Assembly (NCBI GenBank): GCA_040954595.2
Contig: CM082595.2
Span: forward strand, 7,420,217-7,484,216
Direction: 5' to 3'
Length of the DNA stretch: 64,000 nt
Origin: Balanoglossus misakiensis
Lineage: Eukaryota > Animalia > Hemichordata
Each line of letters opens with the position of its first letter. Position 1 is the first letter of the stretch. The position numbers and the translations under genes were made by a program. The notes below the pieces were generated by a model. It searched no databases, was not told the DNA's origin, and saw only the letters and a list, made by a program, of their open reading frames with translations. Of the stretch, positions 26,401 through 38,271 are shown piece after piece.

Positions 26401-29400
26401 TATGCATGTACCTTATGTCAACCTCATACAGTCCTGTATGTTTTGAGCTAATATTATCGATTTCCTATTTTTTATGCATTTTTTTTATTTTTCCATGTTA
26501 TTGGTAAAACGTCTTCATTTCTGAAAGTGATTGGCTTACTTCTTTGAAATTTAGTATGAAGTTTCCTAATGGTTGTCTGAGTAACCATAGTTTTGTTCAA
26601 ATTGTTGCAACATTTACATATTTATAATTTTGAGCAATATTTGCCATTTTAGGTCAAAATTGTTTTTCTTTAAAACCACATGCCAGATTGCTTTGCAATT
26701 TGGTAGGCATGTTCGTAAGGGCAACCTAAGTAATATGTTGTAAAACAATGTGATATTTGCATGAATGTGTCAATATTTCAATATTTAGCAAGTTTTTTTG
26801 AAAGTTTCTTTGTTTTTGGTTAGCAAATCTTCTCCTAAACCAATTGTCCAGTTGTTTTTAAAGTTACTATTTACAAGGAGTTGTTACCCCGAACTAAGAC
26901 ATGTTTACATAACTTTAATAGGCCAGCTGTTCCAGAGACCACCAGCCATTAATTTTTTAATTACCAGTGGCAGGTCAGTGTGTGTGTGTGTGTGTCTGTC
27001 TGTGTGTCTGTTCCAGGGCTGACTGAAAGAAGTTGCTTCTCATATGTGTTTGTACAGACAATTTTTGGTCAATTTTTTTTTCTAGCACCACTTCTAAGAC
27101 TGCCATGACACATGACAGTTTATTGGGCATGTTCTTTGTTATTTTATTTTTACATTCCATATTTCTATATGGTAAGATCATATCTGCTTGCAATGTCACC
27201 TGTAATTTTTATTCTGGTGTGTCACTGTTTCCGCATAATCCTCAAATGGGACCACAGTGTCCTTGACGCTATTTTTCATAAACGTGTGGCTTTCAAAGGT
27301 CTAAATCTATCAGACAGTCCAACATCTATTTTAATTGAATATAATGTATTACATAAAGCTGAGTAAATGAACCTAAGTTTGGTAAGTTATTAAAATGGAG
27401 AATTTGAATTGAAAAATAAACTTCGCAAAATGCCTGATTGCCGATATATTAACGATACTGTAGGGTTTTATCATAATATGTTTTGTTAGCATTTGCAGAA
27501 TTAAACTCCCCTGGCAATATATATTTCTAATGTAGTTTTGTCATCCCTTTGTAGAACACGAGTTGCTCTCATGACTGGATTCTACCCATTCAGAAGTGGA
27601 CTTAGTGTAAGCTATGTTATTTTCAAATGTCTTTTCTAGCTCTTTGTGTATTAAAGGGGAAATCCGGCCTAGCTGATTTCTACATAATTTGGTAGCTTTG
27701 AGGTCACTCTTTCAGAATAAAACATATTCCCCTTGTGTAAGTGGTATGATTTTTTACAAAATCGAGGGAAAGTTGGCAGAAATTCCAATATGGCGTTTAG
27801 TGTAATTTGAATCATGGGAAAAAAGCGCCAGGACCAACATCCGCCCACCTTGGTGTGGGTGATACCATATTCCAATTGGTGTCACTGGGCGACAGACTAG
27901 GTGTTTTGCATAGCTATTGTTTGTACTTTGCGTCAGTTGATAAACAATCAGGAGCAAAGTCGAAAATTTGTCATCTGTTGAAAGTATTCATGAGCTATAA
28001 CCCATGAAAAATATGAAAATACGCTTATCCTGTCACTGATTCAGAGAGTGACGTAAAGTACAGCCAACTTAAATGTAAGTATATATTTCTCATTTCAGCA
28101 TGCCATCATTCTGCCAGCTCAGCCGAGCTATTTATCCAGAGAGTTCAAAACATTGAGCGAAGCTCTGAAGGAACTTGGGTATTCAACTCACTTGGTTGGG
28201 AAGTGAGTATGTATGTATGTATGTATGTATGTATGTATGTATGTATGTATGTATGTATGTATGTATGTATGTATGTATGTGATTACACGTAAAGCCATAA
28301 TGCAATAGACGGGGCAAGTTAATGTGTGTTTTCTGTTTTTGTAATGCAGATGGCATCTTGGGGCATGCCGATGGGACGTGACGCCAACATACCGTGGGTT
28401 TGATTCAAGCTACGGACCCCTGCATGGGATGCTGTATTATTACACTCACGATAGTAAGGATTGTTAACTATGCCTGTACAGTAGTTAATCACCTTCAGCA
28501 AATGCATGTGTAATGTCGGTTAGATTATTGCCACGCTTCAGTAGTAATCCTCAAGCTTATTAAGGAACAGTTCTTATTACCTTAGTTCTTATAAGAACTT
28601 TGCAACCTATTAATGTTGTTATTCAATAGTGTTGCGAGTGTACATGTTGAAGGGTAGACAACGTGTTTTAGTTATTACATCACCCTTCTTGCAGTTAACA
28701 TCTGAAAAACACAAAAAAGTATATTTATTGATCTTCTACGTGAAGCCCGAGGTTTACAGACTTTATAAATTGCTGTCATGCATTTCTGAAATTGCACATG
28801 TGATTTCAAGACTCCACCTCTCAACGAAAACTGATCAAAACACTTCACTTTCATAATACCATATTTGAGCTGGCTGATCAATGAACAATACCCTCCAAAG
28901 TCAGAGTTGCCTCATAACTAGCAATCTCTGGGTTGCTGAGTTCTCCTGCTGTACTTGCGCATACGCTTATTAAGTTAAAGAAGACTCCACACCACAATCG
29001 AAAATAACTTTTTCTTCCTTATAGTTCAAGGCAGACCTGGACATCCCCCTTTTACATGGCACAACGATTTCCGTGACAATACAGGTGCCGTCGTGCACGA
29101 AAACGGGACCCACCTTAGTGTAGGTATCCCTTTTATTTTTAAAAATTTTCAATTGTGGAAATTAAACATCTATATGATTGATTGGAATACATAGATACAT
29201 ACATAGATACATAGATAGATACATACATACATACATACATACATACATGAGTTGATTTTCGCACTGTGGAACAGACATGATGGGAAATATTACGGGCATG
29301 GCGAGTTTCCTTTTTGACTGCCCCGCGTATGAGTCAATTTTGTTTTGTGAATGTACGTAAATACTCTTTTTCTGAATTTTGGCTATTTATGTTATTTGCA

Positions 29401-32400
29401 AAAGTCGATTGTTGAATTGTTTCATTATTGCCCAATTCCTGTCAATTGTTCCATAACATAAGAGAAGTTGTTTATGGTCCCAACATTGACATGCATAGCA
29501 CAAGGTACCCGTCTGGGGCAGGTGATACAAAACTTCTATTTACAAATGAAAATATCTGATAATGGCATCGACCAATACACAAGTATTGAAGGGAATATCT
29601 CTCCAGTATCCTGACAATAAATTTAAATATGTCAATGGACTGTTCATCCTTTGTTGGGCCCACGGGTCATTCAGGAGGCTGGTACTGATGTCTGACTATG
29701 TGTCTAATTTTGAGTCTGATATTTATACAAATCTGAAAAGGAAAACATTCACATCATGATGAAACATATCTCGCACTGACATCTCTGTCCGAATGATATG
29801 TCTTTGAATAGGGCCTGAGAGTTGCACGCAGCTTACTTGTACCAAAAACCAATTTATAAAGTCTCTGTTAAAGTTAACTAAATTGACCAGTACATCTGGT
29901 CTGTCTTCCTGTAATCAGAAAGTTGAATAGCGAGAATTGCCACAGCCGTAACTTGGACAAAAATAGTATGATATCATGTTTTGAGATAGAATGATGTTTA
30001 TTATTTTTGTATACTGGGGAATTTTGGTAAAATCTTGCATTGAATATCAAAACTCGCGACCATCAGAAATTCACAATACTGAAGATATAACTTTGTTGTT
30101 GTTTTTTTAATCAGGAGCTGTTTACGAAACGAGCTGTCGATATTGTGTCGCGCCACAATCCAAACACACCACTTTTCTTGTACATGCCGATACTACTACC
30201 ACACCATCCATTTCAGGTAAGTCTATATCAGTTGACCTGGAAGTATTTTAAGGATAGGAGACAAGCATGACCTCTGTTTGTTACACGATTCAAGAACTTG
30301 ATTACAAAAAGAAGCTGTTTTCGTGCTTTTCAGGTTCCTGATCGATTTAAGGAATTGTATGAACCAACACCAACTGTTCCCCATCTACAGACATATCGTG
30401 GTAAGGGACATTCACCATCATATCACAACATATCTTGTTACCTGGCAGTACCTCATCCAGCACTCCTTGACTGTACCACAACATAATTTCAGTAATACAG
30501 ACCAGAAACCTGACTACGCACAATTATCTTCGTATCCCTGTTCAGTCGTTTAGCTCATGAGGTGCAGAACTACAAGTTAACTGTAATTACACTCTGTATC
30601 AAATGATTAAGCTATAACCCCTGCCGCGGGCGGGTATACACAAGATTTCGGTACAATTCGAGACATATAGAGTGCTATGTGGAGTTAATTGTACCCAAAA
30701 TCAAGTGTATACCTGTCCGCGGCAGTGGTTATTGCTATTATATTATATCAACATTGATTTTATGGCTTGTCAGTGTCATTTTCTTAACAAAACACCCTCA
30801 AAAAACGAGTTTGAACCAAGCTCGTGACGATAAATGTAAACGCGAGTGCCCGGGATCAAGCATTAAACATGAAGCAGATGACAAAAAGTGACAACACAGG
30901 CATCGCGCTTAGCAAAGTGCCAAATATTCCCACAGAGCAGTTCGAAAATAAAACGTCCGTAAATTCAACAGTGATTTTATTTTATTGATTTAGTTTAACC
31001 CCACGCGACTGTGGTATAACTCCACATTTTCGCTTCTATATGCTAGTTCAGGGGCCCGTTTACCATTGCTGGCCATGGTAAAACAGTATTTTGCCATTGC
31101 TGGATTACACTCTCGTCTAATCAGAATGGCGGTAGCATGATATAATATAATAAAATGCTTTTTGCAATTCTGGCTGCATTAAATAGGTTTTCACTTTGTG
31201 CTAGGGGGTCAAAGCACATTGAATACTGGGTGAAAAGTCGACAACCCACTGTAGTAAGAGATAGAAGAAATTAATGATATATTTACTGTATTTTATGACT
31301 TCCTTTGGTCAAACATGTCTGTTTTTGTCGTTGCCATATTAAAATCATTAAGCTTTTTTGCCTTTTTGTTATTTTTTCTGTTAACAAGTTTCACAATGAC
31401 CCATCATCACTTCAGCTTATGAACTCCCATTTCTTAAACATGGCAAAAATCGGCCATCTTGAAATTGTGTCGACCATATGAGATTCATCACTCACTTAGG
31501 TAGCTCAAAACCTATTTAAGGTAGGGAGAATTGTAAAAACAAAAATGACTGAGTCACATTATATTGATATTGAATTTCAGGAATGATGTCAATGGTAGAT
31601 GAAATGGTAGACAATGTTACCAAGACTTTCATGGAACGTGGAATGTGGGATGACACAATTATGATCTACCTGTCTGATGTAAGTGTTGTCCATGTACTCG
31701 CCTTCAGCGATGCTGTTTACTTGATATCTCTCTGGTTTGTTGCTATTATGCACATTTCCTACTCCCCACACGCGTGTCTTGAAAGTGCATTATCAAGCAT
31801 CACATCGCTTACTTTTAAAAAATAATCACACCTGCAAATTCTTTCTTCGGCACTGTGTATACGTAAATGTAGGATATGTTACACATTCTTATCATCCAGC
31901 TGTAAGCATGATGAGTTCAGATGGATTACTCTTACAGGTTACACATTTGAAACTGTTTTAATCACATTTGAGGCCATTGGATATGTATAATAATAACCAC
32001 ATGTTTCAACTTGTTTAGAATGGAGGTTATGCAGGTACGGGAACACAGTGGCCCTTCAGAGGCAATATCGGTACACCGTTTGAGGGCGGTATTCGATCTA
32101 CTGCTTTTGTGCATGGCAAGTTGCTGAAGAAAACTGGATACGTCAATGAAGAGTAATAAGCCTTAACTTAACATTTTAGACTGTTGTACTATCAAAGCCC
32201 CCATTTGGTACCTTTACCACACACTAAATTACTTTGGTGTGCTGTAGGGGCGTAGAAAGCCATTTATTGGGCAAATGTTACCAACATTCTTGTGATGAAT
32301 GACTTCTGTACCTGCGAGAGGAGGAAGCTGCCTACCAGTTCACATGTTTCTGCACTGTCAAACTGCCCATGGTGACGGTGACTGGCTTGGTGCTTTTCTT

Positions 32401-33463
32401 CTGCCATGAGTCTTGCTTGCGTGTTAGGAGGGCGTTTTTAGCGTGGATAATGATGTTGCGTTAATCGTTAGTGATGTTGACGTCGCCTCTGCCTACGACA
32501 CACAACCCACTGCACTACATGTACATTCATATCACCAGCTATACATTGTTATGCCAAACTGTCCACCCAACCAACATTCCACCACCAGTGCATATAACCA
32601 CGCCTTCCCCCTTGTGTTCTCGCCAGTTTAATCCAGTGATTCACAAAACAATGTTGTAGAGATTATGCCGCCTTTCATTTCTCCAACTACCCTTACTTTA
32701 GTATTGAGCACTTTGTATCCGACCAGTCGAACCAGTTGTATATATATGGCTAAAATTACTATACTATTTACGTGCAGAATTTTGTATGTAAACAACTTTA
32801 AGTAAGTTACATGTCTGTAAACCATATTTATCAATTACCATTTTGAATTTCAGATTAATTCACGTGACCGATATTCACCCAACCCTTGTCAGTCTGGCAG
32901 GTGGTACACCTGGTAAGTTTCGTACTTCCATTTTGCCCCTTTCCTCGAAAAGCTTCCAGGTCCATACATTGATTTTCATAGAAATTCTTGAATTTGATAG
33001 CTGCTATATATATTGTGTCTTGCCCTGATTATTATTGCTTAGACAGATTACTTTGTGTCATGCTGATGCTCATTTCCAACAAACAATTCCGGGTGATGGT
33101 TAATACCAACCATCAAAAACTTCTCCTTCCATCTCCTGTTGACATATTCATTTGATGGAAGTAATGTTTCTTTCGATTCATGCCTTCACATTCAATGTTT
33201 TATTAATGCCTGTATCACCTTGCTATCTCACCAGATCCAAACATGGATGGCAAGAATGTGTGGGAGACTATTTCAGAGGGAAAACCATCTCCGAGGAACC
33301 AATTCTTGATACACTATGACAATTACCCAGATGTCAGTCCCTGTACGGCTATAAGGTGCCTTAGTATTTACCTGCGGTAGATACATGGATGGGTGTATAG
33401 ATGTAGGGATGGATGTGTGGACAAATGGATTGTTTAATGGATGGATGGAATCTGCATAGAAGA

Positions 33464-33522
<59 letters not shown>

Positions 33523-35415
33523 TATAGATAGATAGATAGATAGTGCCTGACTGACTGACTGACTGACTGCTTAATGTTTAGCATCAATTTAATAGCCTCT
33601 TCAATGATATTGCAGACTCTGGCAAATAAACGTGTGTGTATTTTGCAGGGTTGGTGATTACAAGTTGATAGATGGAAGTTATGCGGTGATGCGGAATGTT
33701 ACAGGCGATACTATTATGGGTTATTATATGGGTATGTCAAATACAAACGATATTTATTGGGAGTATAATTAGTGCTGTAACACATGGGGATTCTTGTCTA
33801 TTATAAATGCGTTATAATGGCCATTCGATTTAGATCCACACATATAATGTCCTCTTGCCGTATGTGTCAAATGTCACCGAGTCTCTGCACACATGAAGTT
33901 AATGAAATATTTTGACTTCTTCATCTATGTTTTTTATTACATTACAATTAGCGCTAATCTTCTGTTATACTGCCGCCTCCCGTCTGTATATTTGTATTTT
34001 TATTGACATGCTCACTTGCCATTTTACACTTGTACTCCTCTTGTGTTCTCTGATACACCTGGTGTGGAACACATAATTTGTTTTCATTCTGAATACTCCA
34101 TGATTCCTTGCCTTGTTGTCTACTCTACTCAACTCTTGCATCTGGTAGAGAAGACTACATCTCTTCAAAAGCCCATGCTTCAGTACCAATAAGTTGAACT
34201 TGGAGTGTTTTCAAACCAAATATTTATTATCAAATACCTTGACTGGTAAATCCATCACTCAAGCCCCCCCCCCCCCCCCCCCCACACATAACTTTAGTCG
34301 GGTGTAAATGTTTATAGGAATATAGAATTGATCCCTTCAATTTCTTACAGTGATATCCTGTGTATTACAACATGGATACTCTTCTCTCGGAAAAAAAGTA
34401 TAAATGGAAAGGCAAAAGATATTGCACGGTGGTTGTATTACCAATAAGTTGACCTTGGAGTGTTGTCAAACCAAATATTTATCATCAAACACCTTGACTG
34501 GTAAATCCAACACACTACAGTGTGAGGCGAAAGCATAAAAAAACATATCGCCGTTCCCTACATCTGATTATATTCAGATTGGTTGTAGTCAAGTTTGCGT
34601 CTACTGTGACGTACGGTAAAACCAACATTAATCGTGTAGGTCTAGAACATAGTTTTGCTGTAATATATCCCATTAATATTGTTGTAAATTTATTGTTTGT
34701 TTAATTTAATATTTTACAGATAGATTTTACGCGCCTCCAGAATTGGTCGCCCTCAATGTCACTGTGCCAGACGTACCAGCTACTGACATAGTGAATGCAA
34801 CTCTTCTGTTTAACATTGCAGGTAACGTAGACTGAGTTTCTGTCGTGTGGCACATGCGCGCCAGTTTCTGTCGTGTGGCATATGCGCGCCGGTTACAATC
34901 GGAGGTCGACGCGCTGTAGTTAGCATCGGATTCCGTTTCAAATTTGGTGTAAGATTCGCGCAGTGTGTAGAAAAAATACACACATAAAACTTTTGAGATA
35001 TGATCAAGTTTATTCATCATTCATTACTATTCCAATACTACATACCATAAATGGAGCAAGTGTGTAAGTTACTTAAACCTAAATCCGAGGCTAACTTCAG
35101 CATCATGGGAGGTTGCAAGCATCTGAGCATGACTGACAATTTCAGTAGGCTTAGAATTTTAATGATACATTTTGGGTAAATTAGTTAATTAAATATCGTT
35201 AACGAAGTGTCTCAGTCAGTAGATTGAATTTCTTAGTCTTATTTTCAGATGATCCTCGTGAGATACATGACCTGTCCGGAAATATGCCCGAAAAGGTGCA
35301 AGAGTTGCGACAAGCAGCAGCCGCCATCACAGATGGAGCACCATCACCATTCTATCCGGAATTAGACTTTGTGAACTCCCATTACAGGGGCATATGGACG
35401 CCTGGATGGTGTTGA
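23469..35415 (+). CDS. Arylsulfatase B-like (ARSB/ARSI/ARSJ family) secreted or lysosomal sulfatase, 17 coding exons, 522 aa
   Basis: Hand-spliced GT-AG exons with consistent phases: 23469-23538, 23696-23748, 24132-24171, 25943-26060, 27555-27606, 28099-28202, 28350-28453, 29025-29119, 30115-30216, 30334-30400, 31581-31678, 32019-32152, 32854-32912, 33235-33355, 33649-33731, 34720-34821, 35249-35415 (1569 nt). Signal peptide MAAIVRFILLIVVCHMTIA. Motifs QPHIFVIMTDNSGY, CTPTRVALMTG (formylglycine motif), GKWHLG, RGFD, PLFLY..PHHP, SDNGG, EGGIR, HVTD, GDYKL, LFNIADDPRE and C-terminal WTPGWC. Confidence 0.92.
24286..25666 (-). mobile_element. 5'-truncated, frameshifted non-LTR retrotransposon (L2/CR1 group), RT and C-terminus, in an arylsulfatase intron
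   Basis: RT motifs LLDLSAAFDTIDH, GVPQGSVLGPLL and YADDTQ (25205-25690 frame). C-terminal SRLDYCNS and LHWLPV (24556-25035 frame). Frames are broken. (TAT)n tail at 24286-24312. Confidence 0.92.
26083..27275 (+). mobile_element. Helentron-like element F (ATGGGACC subfamily), intronic
   Basis: 5' stem-loop AGGTCCCAT-tggtatgtacc-ATGGGACCT, a (GTAT/GGAT)n tract and 3' ATGGGACC-acagtgtccttgacgc-TATTTT (~27246-27275). Homologous to element E. Confidence 0.6.
28206..28280. repeat. (GTAT)n microsatellite
   Basis: Directly visible, just after a splice donor. Confidence 0.95.
30611..31153 (-). mobile_element. Second long-hairpin / asymmetric inverted-repeat element (Crypton-like, uncertain)
   Basis: Imperfect hairpin 30611-30736, then TTATATTATATCA (~30738-30750) inverted as TGATATAATATAA (~31139-31151). 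Same architecture as 20364-21267 in the opposite orientation, with unrelated sequence. Confidence 0.5.
33464..33569. repeat. (GATA)n plus (GACT)n microsatellite
   Basis: Directly visible. Explains ORF 33273-33587. Confidence 0.95.
34184..34509. repeat. ~70-bp direct duplication (34184-34254 and 34439-34509)
   Basis: TACCAATAAGTTGA...CCTTGACTGGTAAATCCA present twice with few differences. Confidence 0.8.
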
Positions 35416-35525
35416 ATGACCAATATGACCTTATCTCATTGATTTTAAGACAACATCGGCAAAGTAGAATTATTAAATTGTAGGCTGCATGTGAATTCTC
35501 CCCTAACTAGACCTGTACATGCCGC

Positions 35526-35531
35526 AATAAA
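35526..35531 (+). terminator. Probable polyadenylation signal of the arylsulfatase gene
   Basis: AATAAA 110 nt after the stop codon with GT-rich sequence downstream. A second AATAAA lies at ~35585. Confidence 0.55.
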
Positions 35532-38271
35532 ATTCATAATGGATGATTAAACAGCAACGTGTTATTTGTTGAGAGACTGACGTCAATAAAAAATCGGTGA
35601 TTTGTGCATCAAGTGAGGTAATGTTTAAGCGATTACTGTGTGTGCGTGTGTGTCTGTCTGTTTACACGGTATATCAAGAACAGCTCATAAGATATTTTGA
35701 TCATGTTTGGTATACAGGTTCTATATGTATAATGGATGGCCAAAACTGGTTACTTTTTGATGGCTGTGGTCATTAATGAAGTTATGAACAAAACGAGAAA
35801 AAATACTGTTAGTGCAATCCTGTACGGAATACATTGGGTGCTTCGCTAAATGAAGTAAGTTATATAATACTTATCCCATCGTGGTATTTCTTAGGACACC
35901 AAACTCCGTACCTACTTTTAGGAAGACAGTTGGAGGTGCGACTTCATTCTCATATAATACCCTGATAACCAGTAATGGGTACACTCGAACTTTGTGGATT
36001 TTCTCAGATGAACTCACAGAAAAATTCATTGGGATTGGACTAGACAGGTTTGTGTTAACGGGGACACAGATATGGACAATAGCAATCTGACAAAAGTCAG
36101 CTGGAGAGAGAGGACAAAGCCTAACCTTTGATTGACTTCTGTGTATACAGTCTTTTCAACTTCTCATTCTGCAAATGTTGCCTGCATCAGCATACCGCAA
36201 ACAGCAAACAGCATACGAAGGCAACTACTTCAGTGTGGATGCAACAATCCGTGTCTTGTTCTCCGGCGTCCTAATGTCTGTAACGGATCGCCTTTCATTG
36301 GCGATCATCTGGTTAGAAAAGCTCGATGAATAATATTATCAACTGCCGATGTAGAGAGGCTGGCAGTGGTGTATCCAGTCTTATTGCGCTACTATAGGTT
36401 GGCATGGGGTAGCCCTGCGTACAGGTCTGTGTGTTCCCGGCGTTACACGGCCTCCACCACAGCCCTGCAGGGCGCCATAGAAAAAAAACTGGTGCTTCTG
36501 CGGTCCGAATCCGAACCGCAGCTTTTTCGGCCGAAATTCGATTTTATCGAAGCAAAATCCTTTCCCTGTCTTCTGCCTCCTAACCGACTCCAAATATGAT
36601 GCGATTAACTTGTCCTAACATCCGAACCGCTCGCTTTCTAAAACTTTTATGTTTACCCATGGAGATAAACTCGCTGTAAGCCTTATAATTTAATATGGCG
36701 ATCTCAACATGTAAACACACAAAAATAAATCAAACGCACCTGTACGCAGGGTTAGGCATGGGTCAGACCTCGGTCAGACTACCGGTATATTAATGGTCGG
36801 CTGCAGGTTCTACGTGATCAACGCAGCAGAAAATGGATGGCGAATGCACCTGATAAAACGGGCTGAATTGTATAGTATTGGGCGTTTTCGACTGGAGAGG
36901 TTCTTATTTTAGCAAGTACCCAGTGGATATTGCCAAACGGGCTATCCCTCCTGGTCAAACACCACTAACTAGCATAAACTATTACATGCATGTGAACTGT
37001 TCAAGTCGTCCTGGAACACTTCAGATTTGAGAGGGTTTTGCCCGCCAGGCTTGGTGTAAGGATAGTCTCGATTCCAGACATCGTCGCTTCGCCAGTGAAA
37101 AGTGCCCCTCAGGCAGTAGGACACGAGTGACAAACGAAGCGGCGAGGTCTGGGAGCGTGGCTGGTGTCGATGAAAACATGTTGTAATTAAACCACCTTCT
37201 CACATAGGCCTTTTCAACGGCGTTGACAAAGTTGTTTGGTAAACACCGGTGTCAAAAATGCTTCAAAACAGTTGGTGACGGTGCTGCAAATAAAATTGAG
37301 CAACAGATCATGCTTGCATGTTTCAGCCAAGGTACTACCAGGTGCACAGACTCGTATATATGGGCGGGGCCCCTATTGGTATTACCAATTATCTTTGTCT
37401 GTGTAATTACTGGCATTTTTAGGGCCCAAGCGCACGCTTATTACACTTCGCACCGTAAATGATTTCGTCTGAGGTGACAACCCATTTATGCAGCCGGTCT
37501 CCACAGCCCAATTAGCCAGGGACATTTGGGACATATGCGATAGATTTGTCCTTTTTCAACTGTTCCGGCAGAGATTATTGGAGATTCTCCCTTGATGTGC
37601 CGAATAATTTTCTCAATTGGCCAAAAATTTGGAAGGTCAACATAACAACAGCCTAGTCCTCATTGCTTCAAACTATGCGAATTTCGTAAATATAGTAGCT
37701 CTATAATACAATGAGAGGACCAGTGCATCCGCCGGTAGCACAAACATAATTTACATCTTGTCCTGAAAATGGTGCTGTCTGACGATTTCCCTTTCCAGCG
37801 TATCAGTCAGACCAAGTTAGCACCTGGCCGGTCTGGCTTACCATTTTGTATTTTACTGTTGGGTTAAATAGAGAGAACGATCAAGAGAATTAACAAATGG
37901 ACTGCAGCCCTTCATGCGCGTCAATTTAGTTTAATGAGGACAAACCAGGATTTCACATGTATTTTAGATTTTATTTTATTTAAATAACTATTGCTTCACC
38001 CTTATCTCGTCCCCCATTTAATTTTTAATGTACTTACCATTATTTTGTTAACTTAAATGATTTTGATCTAAGAAAGGGACGTATACGTAATTACCATACA
38101 TTATTTATTGCTACGCTCTCTGCCATTGGGGCAAGAAGCAGATGTGTGTGCTGTATTCAACTGCAGACATCCTGGAAGCAAAACTCTGTGAACCCGTGGT
38201 GTTTACGAAAATAACATGTAATTAGATCAAGGCTTGATAAGAAAGATGACATTAAAATATGTAATAGACAA

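Noticed and set aside
27651-28073. Third Kolobok-type MITE (TTAAAGGGG...)
   Set aside because: No convincing matching right TIR.
33273-33587. YLSI-repeat ORF
   Set aside because: Translation of (GATA)n, antisense to a real exon.
36365-37440. hAT-like CAG starts (36365, 36468) and HINE key remnants (~37361-37435)
   Set aside because: Fragments without partner ends, too degraded to call.
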